The notes under the pieces: model-generated | What the model was told of the DNA's origin: nothing | Database searches by the model: none | The model's input: only the letters and a program-made list of their open reading frames with translations | Made by a program: the position numbers and the translations under genes | In this document: piece by piece, positions 39,301-48,916 of the stretch | Numbering within the stretch: the first letter of the stretch is position 1 | Layout of the letters: each line of letters begins with the position of its first letter | From: an uncultured Acidobacteriota bacterium | GTDB lineage: Bacteria > Acidobacteriota > Thermoanaerobaculia > Multivoradales > SZUA-115 | Direction of reading: 5' to 3' | Length of the DNA stretch: 64,000 bases | NCBI GenBank assembly: GCA_963805975.1 | Contig: CAWDVR010000001.1 | Coordinates: forward strand, 448,001-512,000

Positions 39301-39630
39301 CTACGACACCGCCGCCCGCAACGCCTCCTCGTTGAAGCCCACCAGCAGCGTCTTGCCGCGGACGATCAGCGGCGCGCGGTAGCCGCCGGTCGGGCCCTTG
39401 AGGTCGCTGAGCGTGGTCTCCCGGGCCGGCTGACTGTGGACGGCCTTGCCGCGCGCGATTCGCACCGTGCGGACCTGGGCGAGGAGGCGGGCCGCGTCGT
39501 CGTCGGTGAGCGGCTCCTTCTTCGAGGAGCGCTCACGGCGCACGGTGACGGACTGCTGCGTGAGCACCGCACGGGTGCGCTTGCAGCTCTCTCAGGAGGG
39601 GCGGAGGTAGAGGAAGTCGATGGTGGGCAT
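39301..39630 (-). CDS. ArsC/Spx-like thioredoxin-fold putative selenoprotein (UxxC), 109 aa
   Basis: MPTIDFLYLRPS-[TGA 39594-39592]-ESCKRTRAVL..., continuing in frame into the listed 88-aa ORF with RAPLIVRGKTLLVGFNEE. Confidence 0.82.
39555..39594 (-). promoter_or_regulatory. Putative bacterial SECIS hairpin
   Basis: UGA-GAGA-GCUGC-AAGC-GCACC-CGUGC-GGUGC-UCAC-GCAGC: lower and upper stems, with a G-containing apical loop about 19 nt after UGA. Confidence 0.6.
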
Positions 39631-39660
39631 AGGGCCGCCAATATACTGGATGCCTGCCAT

Positions 39661-39743
39661 GAGATCCTTCGCTGCGCTCAGAATGACAAGCTGGCTGCCA
39701 GTCCAGCGCCACCGCTGTCATCCTGAGCGCGGCGAAGGATCTC
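39661..39743. repeat. Family C repeat (TGTCATCCTGAGCGCAGCGAAGGATCT), inverted pair
   Basis: Copies at 39661-39688 (reverse) and 39716-39743. Confidence 0.88.
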
Positions 39744-39755
39744 GACACGACTCTC

Positions 39756-40442
39756 ATGAGTGACCCACACCGCAACCTGCACGTGGTGACCGCCGGCCTG
39801 CCGCTCGACGAGGCGCGGGCGGCGATGGTCCTGGTGCACGGACGGGGCGCCACGGCGGAGAGCATCCTCACGCTCGTGCCGGAGCTCGTGGCCGGCGGCG
39901 CGGCCGAGGGTTTCGCCTTCCTCGCGCCGCAGGCGGCGGGCGGCACCTGGTACCCGTTGTCGTTCCTGGCCGAGATCGAGCGCAACGAGCCCTACCTGAG
40001 CTCGGCCCTGGGGGCCCTCGAGCGGCTGCTCGGCCAGGTGGAAGCGGCCGGTGTCCCGGCCGAGCGCACGGTCCTCCTGGGTTTCTCCCAGGGGGCATGC
40101 CTGGCGATCGAATACACGGCGCGCCACGCGCGGCGCTGGGGAGGCGTCGCAGTCCTCACCGGCGGCCTGATCGGCCCGCCCGGGATGCCGCGTGAGTACG
40201 CCGGCTCCTTCGAGGGCACGCCCGTGGTGGTGGGCTCGGGCGATCCCGACCCGCACGTTCCGCGCTCCAGGCTCGAGGAGACGGCCGCCGTGCTCACCCG
40301 GATGGGCGCGACGGTGGATCTCAGGATCTACCCTGGCATGGGCCACACGGTGAACGAGGAGGAGGTCGGGCTGGTGCGGCGGATGATGGCGGAAATCCGC
40401 TACACTCCGCCCGCTCCTCGAGGTTCCCTGCCAAGCCAATGA
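39756..40442 (+). CDS. Alpha/beta hydrolase (phospholipase/carboxylesterase family)
   Basis: VHGRGATA, APQAAGGTWYP, GFSQG, DPHVP, YPGMGH. Confidence 0.9.
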   Translation: MSDPHRNLHVVTAGLPLDEARAAMVLVHGRGATAESILTLVPELVAGGAAEGFAFLAPQAAGGTWYPLSFLAEIERNEPYLSSALGALERLLGQVEAAGVPAERTVLLGFSQGACLAIEYTARHARRWGGVAVLTGGLIGPPGMPREYAGSFEGTPVVVGSGDPDPHVPRSRLEETAAVLTRMGATVDLRIYPGMGHTVNEEEVGLVRRMMAEIRYTPPAPRGSLPSQ

Positions 40443-41236
40443 TCCGTGAGATCTTCAGCATCGGTGGCCTGTCGATCAGCCCTTTCGGGCTGATGCTGGT
40501 GGCGGCGTTCGTGGTCGCCTACTTCCAGTTGCGCTGGGGCATGAGGCGGCAGGGGATCGGCAGCGAGGACGACGCCAGCGCCATCCTCCTCCAGGCCGGG
40601 CTGGGCGGCATCATCGGCGGCAAGGTCTACTACGCCCTCCTCTACCGCGACTGGCGCCTGCTCTACGACCGCTCGGGCCTGGTCTGGTACGGCGGCTTCC
40701 TGCTCGCCAGCGTGCTGGTGCTCTGGACCCTGCGCCGCCGCCGCCTGCCGTTCTGGCCGGTGCTCGACGCCGCCTCGCTCGGCCTGGCGCTGGGCTACGG
40801 CGTCGGCCGCATCGGCTGTTTTCTGGTCGGCGACGACTACGGCGTGCCCACCGACCTGCCCTGGGGGGTCGAGTTCCCGGTCGGCCTGCCGCCCACCACG
40901 GCGGAGGCGCTGCGCGACTTCGGCGCCGCCGTGCCGGCGGGCCTGCCGCCGGACACGCTCCTCGCAGTCCATCCCACCCAGCTCTACGAGACGGCGATCG
41001 CGACCCTGATCTGGCTCGTGGGCATGGCCTACTTCAAGCGCCGGCCGCCTGCCGGCCAGACGGCCCTGCTGGTGATCGGCCTGTTGGCGGTCGAGCGCTT
41101 CGGCATCGAGTTCCTGCGCGCCAAGGACGACCGCTTCGTCGCCGGCTTCACGCTGGCGCAGCTCATCAGCCTGGGAGTGCTGGCGGTGATCGTCGCCGCC
41201 TGGGCCGCGCGACGCCCGCGGCCGGCGCCGGGCTGA
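40439..41236 (+). CDS. lgt: Prolipoprotein diacylglyceryl transferase
   Basis: [35 protein letters not shown]. Confidence 0.9.
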   Translation: MIREIFSIGGLSISPFGLMLVAAFVVAYFQLRWGMRRQGIGSEDDASAILLQAGLGGIIGGKVYYALLYRDWRLLYDRSGLVWYGGFLLASVLVLWTLRRRRLPFWPVLDAASLGLALGYGVGRIGCFLVGDDYGVPTDLPWGVEFPVGLPPTTAEALRDFGAAVPAGLPPDTLLAVHPTQLYETAIATLIWLVGMAYFKRRPPAGQTALLVIGLLAVERFGIEFLRAKDDRFVAGFTLAQLISLGVLAVIVAAWAARRPRPAPG

Positions 41237-41242
41237 GGCGCC

Positions 41243-42109
41243 ATGCGCTCGACTCCACCCCGCCTGCTCACCATCGCCGGCTCGGACTCGGGCGGCGGCG
41301 CCGGCATCCAGGCCGATCTCAAGACCTTCGCCGCCCACGGTGTCTTCGGCATGAGCGCGATCACCGCGATCACCGCCCAGAACACGCGGCGGGTGACGGC
41401 GGTGGCCGCGGTGGATCCCGAGATGGTGGCGGCGCAGATCGACGCGGTGTTCGACGACATCGGCGTCGACGCGGTGAAGATCGGCATGCTGGCGAGCGCG
41501 CCGATCGTCGCCGCGGTGGCCGGTCGCCTCGCGGCCTGGCGGGCCCGGGGCGCCGCGCCGCCCGTGGTGCTCGACCCCGTGATGGTCGCCAAGAGCGGCG
41601 ACCCGCTGCTGGCCGACGACGCCGTCGAAGCGATCCTCTCGCAGCTCCTGCCGCTCGCGACCCTCGTCACCCCCAACCTGCCCGAGGCCCGGCGCATGAC
41701 CGGTCTCGGGAGCGCCAGCGAGCCGGAGCGCGAGCGCCTGGCGCTGGCGCTCGCCGCGCGCGGCCCCGCGGTGCTGATCAAGGGCGGCCACGGCGACGGG
41801 GACGAGCTGGTGGACCTGCTCTGGGACGGCGCGCGCTTCCACCGCTTCGCCGGGCCGCGGCTCGCGACCTCGTCCACCCACGGTACCGGCTGCACGCTGT
41901 CCTCGGCCATCGCCGCCCGGCTGGCCCTGGGGGAGGAGCTGCCCGCGGCGGTCGGCGGCGCCATCGCCTACCTGCGCGCCGCGATCGCCGCCGCCTTCCC
42001 ACTGGGCGGCGGTCACGGTCCCGTGAATCACTTCTACCGAATGAACGCCTCCGAGCCCGACCCCCGTCATTCCCGCGAAAGCGGGAATCCATCTGTGGCC
42101 GCGCCATGA
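41243..42109 (+). CDS. thiD: Hydroxymethylpyrimidine/phosphomethylpyrimidine kinase
   Basis: [56 protein letters not shown]. Confidence 0.95.
   Translation: MRSTPPRLLTIAGSDSGGGAGIQADLKTFAAHGVFGMSAITAITAQNTRRVTAVAAVDPEMVAAQIDAVFDDIGVDAVKIGMLASAPIVAAVAGRLAAWRARGAAPPVVLDPVMVAKSGDPLLADDAVEAILSQLLPLATLVTPNLPEARRMTGLGSASEPERERLALALAARGPAVLIKGGHGDGDELVDLLWDGARFHRFAGPRLATSSTHGTGCTLSSAIAARLALGEELPAAVGGAIAYLRAAIAAAFPLGGGHGPVNHFYRMNASEPDPRHSRESGNPSVAAP
42065..42091 (+). repeat. Family B repeat inside the thiD 3' end
   Basis: CGTCATTCCCGCGAAAGCGGGAATCCA, translated as RHSRESGNP. Confidence 0.88.
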
Positions 42110-43122
42110 GCACCCTGGACCTGCTGATCGTGGGCGCCGGCCCGACCGGCATCGCCATCGGCGCCGCGGCCCGCGCCGCGGGGCTCGCGGCCCTCTGCGT
42201 CGACCGCGGCGGCCTGGCCGCGGCGATCAACGCCTACCCGACCGAGCTCTTGTTCTTCACCACCCGCGAGCGCCTGGAGATCGCCGGCGTGCCCTTCGCC
42301 ATCCCGGAGGACAAGCCCAACCGCCGCCAGGCGCTCGCCTACTACCGCGAGGTGGTGCGCGCCTGCCGGGTGCCGCTGGCGCTCTACGAAGAGGTGCGGT
42401 CGGTGCGCCCCGAGGGCGGGGGCTTCGCCGTGGAGACAGTGAAGGACGGCTTCCCGCGCTGCTACAGCGCGCGTGCCGTGGCCATCGCGACGGGCTACTT
42501 CTTCTGGCCGCGCCGCCTGGGCGTGCCCGGCGAGGATCTGCCCTGGGTCCATGCCCACTACCGCGAGCCCTATCCGCACGTGGCCCAGGACGTGGTGGTG
42601 GTGGGCGGCGGCAACACGGCGGTCGAGACGGCTCTCGACCTCTTCCGGGGTGGTGCGCGGGTGACCCTCGTGCACCGCCGCGCCCTGGTCAAAGGCAGCA
42701 TCAAGTACTGGCTCAAGCCGGACTTCGACCATCGGGTGGAGGAGGGCTCGATCACGGCCCGCATGGAGACCCGCGTGGTGGCCTTCCACCCGGCGACGGA
42801 AGGCGGCCGGTCGACGGTCGAGCTCGAAGGGCCCCCAGGCCCAGCGGCCGGGGCGGGTCGCGAGCGGCTACCGGCGGACGCCGTCTACGTGCTGATCGGC
42901 TACCGGCCGGACATGTCGCTCCTGACCGGTGCCGGCGCCGAGATCGACGCCGAGACCCTGATCCCGGCCTGCGCCCCCGAGACCTGCGAGACCAACGTCC
43001 CCGGCCTCTACGTCGCCGGCACCCTCCAGGCCGGCCGGGCCACGGACAAGATCTTCATCGAGAACTCGCGCGACCACGGCCCCAAGATCGCCCGCCACCT
43101 CGCGGCCCGGCTCCGCGGCTGA
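42106..43122 (+). CDS. ypdA: YpdA-family flavin disulfide reductase (putative bacillithiol disulfide reductase)
   Basis: IVGAGPTG, YPTELLFFTT, KPNRRQALAYYR, IKYWLKPD, ETNVPGLYVAG, IFIENSRDH. Confidence 0.88.
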   Translation: MSTLDLLIVGAGPTGIAIGAAARAAGLAALCVDRGGLAAAINAYPTELLFFTTRERLEIAGVPFAIPEDKPNRRQALAYYREVVRACRVPLALYEEVRSVRPEGGGFAVETVKDGFPRCYSARAVAIATGYFFWPRRLGVPGEDLPWVHAHYREPYPHVAQDVVVVGGGNTAVETALDLFRGGARVTLVHRRALVKGSIKYWLKPDFDHRVEEGSITARMETRVVAFHPATEGGRSTVELEGPPGPAAGAGRERLPADAVYVLIGYRPDMSLLTGAGAEIDAETLIPACAPETCETNVPGLYVAGTLQAGRATDKIFIENSRDHGPKIARHLAARLRG

Positions 43123-43158
43123 CCTCCTGCCCGGCCTGCCAGCTAGGCCTCTGGTACT

Positions 43159-43239
43159 TCGGTCCCGGGACCGACTACACCTGCCGGTCCGCAGCAGAGT
43201 CGAATAGTTTGAAGATCTCTACGTAATCGAAGAAGATCT
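43159..43239. promoter_or_regulatory. Candidate operator region before the VWA cluster
   Basis: Perfect 16-bp palindrome TCGGTCCCGGGACCGA (43159-43174); GAAGATCT direct repeats at 43211 and 43232. Confidence 0.35.
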
Positions 43240-43258
43240 ACAGTTCAGGGAGGAGCGA

Positions 43259-44899
43259 ATGAGGAGAGCTGCCTGGATTGCCGCGGTGGCGGTGCTGGCG
43301 ATCGGATGGCTGGTGCCGGGCATGGCGCAGCAGGCTCCTGCCCCCGGTCTGTTCGGGGAGACGGTGGAAGTTCGGCTGGTGAACATCGAGGTGGTGGTCG
43401 AGGACCGCCGGGGCGAGCGGGTCGAGGGCCTCGGGCCCGAAGATTTCCGGCTGCTGGTGGATGGCAAGGAAGTGGAGATCGGCAATTTCTCCGAGGTGCG
43501 CGCGGGCGAGGTGGCCCTTCCCGCGGAGGTTCAGACCGAAGGGACTCGGCCCGAATCGAGCCCGGCGCCGGTGGTCGAGGGTCGGGTTGCCACTCGCTAC
43601 CTGGTGTTCATCGACGACTTCTTCTCGGTGCCCGTCCACCGGAACCTGGTGCTCGAGAAGGTGGGCGAGCAAATCAAGGCGCTGGCGCCCGGCGACACCA
43701 TGGCCTTCGTCGGTTTCGACGGCCGCAAGCTCGAGGTGATCGCCGACTGGACGGCCTCGCCATCGGAACTGCTGGCGGCAATCGACAAGGCCAGGGCCCG
43801 CCGCTCCTACGGTGTGCTGCAGCGGGTCCGCCGCACCAGCCTGATCGACGATCCCGGCGCCGGCGAGGCGCTGGAGCTGCCGCAATGGGTGCCCCAGGAC
43901 CTGAAGCTCAACGTGGCCCAGCGCGGCTACGCCGCAGAACTGCGGCAGCATCTGCGGAACACGATCAGCGCGGCGCGTACAGCGATGCGCGCACTGTCGG
44001 GCGTCGAGGGCCGTAAAGTGTTGCTGCTGCTCTCCGGTGGCTGGCCCTACTCGATGCAAGAGGCCGCGGGAGCGCTCACCACGTTCTCGGAGGCCGGCCT
44101 CGAGCAGGGTGACGAGCTGTATCAGCCGCTCATCGACGCCGCCAACCTCCTGGGCTTCACTATCTATCCCGTCGATGTGCCGGGCCTCGCCGGCAGCGGG
44201 CCGGAGCCCGCGCTGGGCCCCGGCTCGCCGAGCGCACCCTCGCTGATCGCCGAGTCCAACCTCGACTCCACTCTTTCCTTCATCGCGAAGGAAACCGGCG
44301 GCACCGCCATGCTCAACTCGCTGCGCGACAATGCGCTCGAGGCCGCGGCCCAGGACACCCGCTCCTACTACTGGCTGGGCTTCATGCCGGAGAGGAGGCG
44401 CGACGACCGCCAGCACGAGGTCGAGGTCCGGATGCGCGACCGCTCGCTCGATGCCCGCTTTCGCCGCAGCTTTCACGACCTCTCGCGAGGAGCCGAGATG
44501 TCGATGCGGGTCGAGGGCGCGCTGCTCCTCGGCCAGGCGCCGAGCAGCCGGCTGCTCCCGGTCAAGATGGGAGAAGTGAGCAAAGGCCGTGGCAACAAGA
44601 TGAAGGTGCCCATCCTGGTCGGGATCCCGGTCGACGAGGTCACCATCCTGAAGATCGGCGACGAGTACGTGGCCGAGCTGGAGCTCCGCGTCGGTGCTCT
44701 CGACTCGCGGGCCAACATGTCGCCGGTGCAGACGACTCCCATCCGCCTGGCCTCGAAGACCCAGCCGCAGGCCGGCAAGCTGGTGCGCTACGACACCACT
44801 CTCGAGCTGTGGAAGGAGCCGCACGACCTCGTGATCGCGCTCTTCGACCCGGCGACCGGCAAGCTGTTGTCGACGCGCGTGAGCGTGGTCCCTCCATAG
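43259..44899 (+). CDS. Exported Acidobacterial-type VWA domain protein 1
   Basis: ETVEVRLVNIEVVVED..GERVEGL..EDF, YLVFIDD, GRKVLLLLSGG, ETGG, SYYWLGF. Confidence 0.85.
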   Translation: MRRAAWIAAVAVLAIGWLVPGMAQQAPAPGLFGETVEVRLVNIEVVVEDRRGERVEGLGPEDFRLLVDGKEVEIGNFSEVRAGEVALPAEVQTEGTRPESSPAPVVEGRVATRYLVFIDDFFSVPVHRNLVLEKVGEQIKALAPGDTMAFVGFDGRKLEVIADWTASPSELLAAIDKARARRSYGVLQRVRRTSLIDDPGAGEALELPQWVPQDLKLNVAQRGYAAELRQHLRNTISAARTAMRALSGVEGRKVLLLLSGGWPYSMQEAAGALTTFSEAGLEQGDELYQPLIDAANLLGFTIYPVDVPGLAGSGPEPALGPGSPSAPSLIAESNLDSTLSFIAKETGGTAMLNSLRDNALEAAAQDTRSYYWLGFMPERRRDDRQHEVEVRMRDRSLDARFRRSFHDLSRGAEMSMRVEGALLLGQAPSSRLLPVKMGEVSKGRGNKMKVPILVGIPVDEVTILKIGDEYVAELELRVGALDSRANMSPVQTTPIRLASKTQPQAGKLVRYDTTLELWKEPHDLVIALFDPATGKLLSTRVSVVPP

Positions 44900-44923
44900 A
44901 GCCTGCCGGGAGCGGTCGAGGCC

Positions 44924-44939
44924 CGGCACGGATGTTGCT
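44924..44939 (+). promoter_or_regulatory. Candidate sigma54 promoter CGGCAC-N5-TTGCT
   Basis: GG-N10-GC motif about 90 nt upstream of ATG 45028. Confidence 0.5.
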
Positions 44940-45027
44940 GCTGTCCTCCTCGTACTACGATGGCTGCGGCGGGCCCGCCGTGACCTTCCGGCCGCTCCTT
45001 CAACCCGCTCTAACCGAGGTTCACGAT

Positions 45028-46698
45028 ATGAGCTCATCGCAACATCCCCTTCGTCTCGCGCGGCGCGCGGCCCTGTTCCTGCCGGCTCTGGCGCTCGTGC
45101 TGGTGACGCCGGCGCTCACGGCACAGGACGAGCCCGCCCCCGGGATCTTCAGCGAGGTCATCGACGTCCGGGTCGTCAACCTGGAGGCGGTGGTGACCGA
45201 CCGGGCGGGCAACCGGGTCTCCGGCCTGAAGCCGGAAGACTTCGAGCTGACCGTCGACGGCAAGCCGGTGCCGATCGAGTACTTCAACGAGGTGTCGGGC
45301 GGCGTGGTCGCCGACCCGGGAGCCCAGACCGTGGCCGAAGGCTTGCCGACCCTGGTGCCGGGCAAGCCGGTCTCCACCAGCTATCTGGTGTTCATCGACG
45401 ACTACTTCCCCCTCGAGCGCGACCGCAACCGGGTGCTCGGCGCGCTGCGCGCCGAGCTGCCGCTGCTCAACCCCGAGGACCGCATGGCGGTGGTTTCCTT
45501 CGACGGCAAGCGCCCCACCATGCTGACCAGCTGGAGCCAGTCGCAGGCGGCGCTCGAGCGGGCGCTCAAGGAGGCCGAGCGCCGTCCCGCCTACGGCCTG
45601 CAGCGGCTCGCCGACCAGCGCCGCTACGGGGCGAGCCGCGGCTTCGCGACCATCGACCGCGTGCGCTTTCCCGAGACCGGCTTCGGCCGCCGGCTGTCGG
45701 CCGAGGAACGCGACTATGCGCGCCTGCTCACCGAACAGCTCGAGGACGTGGTGGGCGCGGCTTCCGCCACCCTGCGCAGCTTCGCGCAGCCGCCGGGCCG
45801 CAAGGTGATGCTGCTGCTCTCCGGCGGCTGGCCCTTCGATCCCACCCAGATGGCGGCCGAGGACCGCAGCTCGCCGGTGCTCGACACCGAGTTCGACCGC
45901 GGCTTCGAGATCTACAAGCCGTTGTCGGACACCGCCAACCTCCTGGGCTACACCCTCTACCCGATCGACGTCCCCGGACTGCAGGAGGGCGGCGCGGACG
46001 CCAGCGCCATGGCTCCCACGGCGCTCGCACCGCTCAGCTCGGCCGAGCAGGAGGCGCACGGCTCGCTGACCTACCTCGCCTCGCGCACCGGCGGCCAGGC
46101 GCTGCTCAACGCCCGCCGCGTGCAGCCCCTCGGCGTCACCGCCTCCGACACCCGTTCCTACTACTGGATCGGCTTCTCGCCCACGCGTCAACGCGACGAC
46201 AAGCCACACCGCATCAAGCTCGACGTGGTGAAGCGCGGGCTGTCGCTGCGTACCCGCGGCGGCTATCTCGATTTCTCGCGCCAGGCCGAGGTGACGGCGA
46301 TGGTGGAGAGCTCGCTGCTCTTCGGCTCGGGGCCGATGGCCGGCACGCTGCCGGTCGAGGTGGGGGCCGTCAAGCGCAACGGCGGCAAGATGGAGGTGCC
46401 GATCAAAGTCGCGATCCCGGCCGGTGCGGTCACCGTGCTGCCGGTGGGCGACCGTTTCGTGGCCGAGGCCGAGCTGCGCATCGCGGTGATCGACGAGGAC
46501 GGCAACCAGGCCAGGATCCCGGTCATCCCCCTGAAGCTCGACACCAAGGAGACGCCACAGGAGGGCGGCATGTACGGCTACCAGACCAGCCTCAAGCTGC
46601 GCAACAAGAAGCACGAGGCGGTGATCGCGCTCTACGACCCGGCGAGCGGGCGCCTCTTGTCCACCCGGGTCGCCATCAACCCGCAAGCGAAGCCGTGA
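45028..46698 (+). CDS. Exported Acidobacterial-type VWA domain protein 2
   Basis: EVIDVRVVNLEAVVTD, YLVFIDD, GRKVMLLLSGGWP, RTGG, SYYWIGF; GAGG RBS. Confidence 0.87.
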   Translation: MSSSQHPLRLARRAALFLPALALVLVTPALTAQDEPAPGIFSEVIDVRVVNLEAVVTDRAGNRVSGLKPEDFELTVDGKPVPIEYFNEVSGGVVADPGAQTVAEGLPTLVPGKPVSTSYLVFIDDYFPLERDRNRVLGALRAELPLLNPEDRMAVVSFDGKRPTMLTSWSQSQAALERALKEAERRPAYGLQRLADQRRYGASRGFATIDRVRFPETGFGRRLSAEERDYARLLTEQLEDVVGAASATLRSFAQPPGRKVMLLLSGGWPFDPTQMAAEDRSSPVLDTEFDRGFEIYKPLSDTANLLGYTLYPIDVPGLQEGGADASAMAPTALAPLSSAEQEAHGSLTYLASRTGGQALLNARRVQPLGVTASDTRSYYWIGFSPTRQRDDKPHRIKLDVVKRGLSLRTRGGYLDFSRQAEVTAMVESSLLFGSGPMAGTLPVEVGAVKRNGGKMEVPIKVAIPAGAVTVLPVGDRFVAEAELRIAVIDEDGNQARIPVIPLKLDTKETPQEGGMYGYQTSLKLRNKKHEAVIALYDPASGRLLSTRVAINPQAKP

Positions 46699-46745
46699 AT
46701 GCCCCGCCGTATAATCACCGGGTGAAATCACCCGCGAGGATCTCT

Positions 46746-48461
46746 ATGACCCGATCTGTCCGCCGCTCCGCCCTGGCCGCCATCTGCGGTGGCCTTGCCT
46801 TGTCACTCCTCTGGCCTCCCGCCTTCGCCGCCAAGGAGCCCGCGCCCAAGCCGGAGGAGCCGGGAAGCTTCGTCGACACGGTCAACGTGGCGGTGGTCAA
46901 CGTCGACGTCTTCGTCACCGACAAGAAGGGCAACCGCGTCTCGGGCCTGACCCGCGACGACTTCGAGATTTTCGAGGGCGGGCGCCCGATCGCGGTCAGC
47001 AACTTCTCGGTGGTGCAGGGCGGGAAGCTCTTCCGGCTCGACGGGCCCGGAGACGGTGCGGAGGCGGCGCCGGCCGCCGGTCTGGCGCCGGCCGAGGTCA
47101 CCGAGGACCAGCGCCTGCACTTGGTGGTCTACGTCGACAACTACAACATCCAGCCGTTCAACCGCAACCGCGTGCTGCGGGAGCTGCGCGACTTTCTGCG
47201 TTCCCAGCTCGACCGCGAGGACCGGGTGATGCTGGTGAGCTACGACCGCTCGCTCCACGTGCGGCATCCCTGGACCTCGGACCCGGCGGTGGTGGCCTCG
47301 GCGCTGCAGGATCTCGAGACCCTCTCCGGCAACGCGGTCAGCCGCGAGTCCGACCGCCGCGACGCCCTCGACCGCATCGAGGAGTCGGAGAACGCCTACT
47401 CCGCGAGCTCCTTCGCCCGCAGCTACGCGAGCAACATCTACAACGACCTCAACTTCTCGATCGACGCCCTGCGTGACACCATCAACGGCCTGGCCGGCAT
47501 GCCGGGCCGCAAGGCCGTGCTCTACGTCTCCGAAGGCCTGCCGATGGTCGCCGGCGAGGACCTGTTCCAGGCCGTGCAGATGAAGTTCGCCGAGCAGACC
47601 AGCATGACCGACGCCTTCGAGTTCGACGCCTCGCGCCGTTTCAGGGAGCTGACGGCGACCGCCAACGCCAACCGCGTCACTTTCTACACCATCGACGCCG
47701 GGGGCCTGCGCACCATGGGCCTCGGCGACGCCTCGCGCCAGTCGAACTCCGCCGGCTTCGCCGGCACCTCGACGATGATCGAGCAGGTCTACGTCTCCAA
47801 CCTGCAGAGCCCGCTGCTGCGCCTGGCCGAGGACACCGGGGGCAAGGCGATCATCAATGCCAACCGCGTGGGCGAGCACCTGACCCAGATCGCCGCCGAC
47901 TTCGACAACTACTACTCGCTGGGCTACCAGCCGGCCCACTTCGGCGACGGCCGCTTCTACAAGATCGAGGTCAAGGTCAAGGGAAAGAAGGGCGAGTACC
48001 TGGTACGGCACCGCGAGGGCTATCGCGACAAGGCGCCGTCGGTGATGATGGCGGACGGCACCCTGTCCGCGCTCCTGCACGGATTCGCCACCAACCCTCT
48101 GGGCCTCAAGCTGGACTTCGGCGAGCAGTCGCGCAACGACAACGGCCAGTACCTGGTGCCCATCCGGGTCAGCATCCCGATCGGCAAGGTGGTGCTGGTG
48201 CCGAGCGAGACCGCGCACGTGGCCAGGCTCAAGCTCTTCGTCGCCGCCATGGACGCCGAGGGCGGCATGTCCGAGGTGCAGGAACAGCCAGTGCCGATCA
48301 GCGTCACGCCCGCCGACCTCGAGCGCGCGCGCCAGCAGTACTACCTCTACTCGGTGAGCCTGCTGATGCGCAAGGGAGCGCACCGCGTGGCAGTCGGCCT
48401 GCGCGACGACGTGGGGGCCGACGCCTCGTTCGTCACCGCCAGCGTCACGGTGGGCCAGTGA
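46746..48461 (+). CDS. Exported Acidobacterial-type VWA domain protein 3 (alternative start GTG 46722)
   Basis: VVNVDVFVTDKKGNRVSGL, PGRKAVLYVSEG, DTGG, YYSLGY, VRHREGY. Confidence 0.87.
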   Translation: MTRSVRRSALAAICGGLALSLLWPPAFAAKEPAPKPEEPGSFVDTVNVAVVNVDVFVTDKKGNRVSGLTRDDFEIFEGGRPIAVSNFSVVQGGKLFRLDGPGDGAEAAPAAGLAPAEVTEDQRLHLVVYVDNYNIQPFNRNRVLRELRDFLRSQLDREDRVMLVSYDRSLHVRHPWTSDPAVVASALQDLETLSGNAVSRESDRRDALDRIEESENAYSASSFARSYASNIYNDLNFSIDALRDTINGLAGMPGRKAVLYVSEGLPMVAGEDLFQAVQMKFAEQTSMTDAFEFDASRRFRELTATANANRVTFYTIDAGGLRTMGLGDASRQSNSAGFAGTSTMIEQVYVSNLQSPLLRLAEDTGGKAIINANRVGEHLTQIAADFDNYYSLGYQPAHFGDGRFYKIEVKVKGKKGEYLVRHREGYRDKAPSVMMADGTLSALLHGFATNPLGLKLDFGEQSRNDNGQYLVPIRVSIPIGKVVLVPSETAHVARLKLFVAAMDAEGGMSEVQEQPVPISVTPADLERARQQYYLYSVSLLMRKGAHRVAVGLRDDVGADASFVTASVTVGQ

Positions 48462-48916
48462 TGGAGGGCGAGCGCACGGGTTGGATCTTCCTGTCGCGCG
48501 AGCTCGCGGCCGACCTGCTCGAGCTGGCGGACGCCGAGATCGACGCCGCGCGGCAGGAGATGGGCACGGTGGGCCGACGCGCCGTCAAGGCGGTGCTCTT
48601 CCTGCTCGCCGCCCTCTGCATCGTCTTCTGGCTGGTGGCGCTCCTCGCCTACGTCCTGGTGGCGGTCGCCGATCTCTGGCTGCCGACTTGGGGCGCCGGC
48701 CTCGCCGTCGCCGGCCTCTTCGCCCTGCTCGCGGCGGTCTTCGTCTGGATCGCCGTGGCGCAGGTCAAGAAGCTCGACAACCCGGTCGACATCCTCGTCC
48801 GCCGGCTGCGCGAGCACCTCGCCTGGTGGCGTCGCGAGGTCCGCCTGCGGCCCGCGCTGCCGCAGGCTCCCGAGGTGCCACGCGTGCGCGACGAGCCAAG
48901 GAGGGCAGCACCATGA
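48458..48916 (+). CDS. Two-TM membrane protein, holin-X/DUF1469-like
   Basis: ADLLELADAEIDAARQE amphipathic segment followed by two TMs; overlaps the VWA3 stop. Confidence 0.65.
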   Translation: MMEGERTGWIFLSRELAADLLELADAEIDAARQEMGTVGRRAVKAVLFLLAALCIVFWLVALLAYVLVAVADLWLPTWGAGLAVAGLFALLAAVFVWIAVAQVKKLDNPVDILVRRLREHLAWWRREVRLRPALPQAPEVPRVRDEPRRAAP

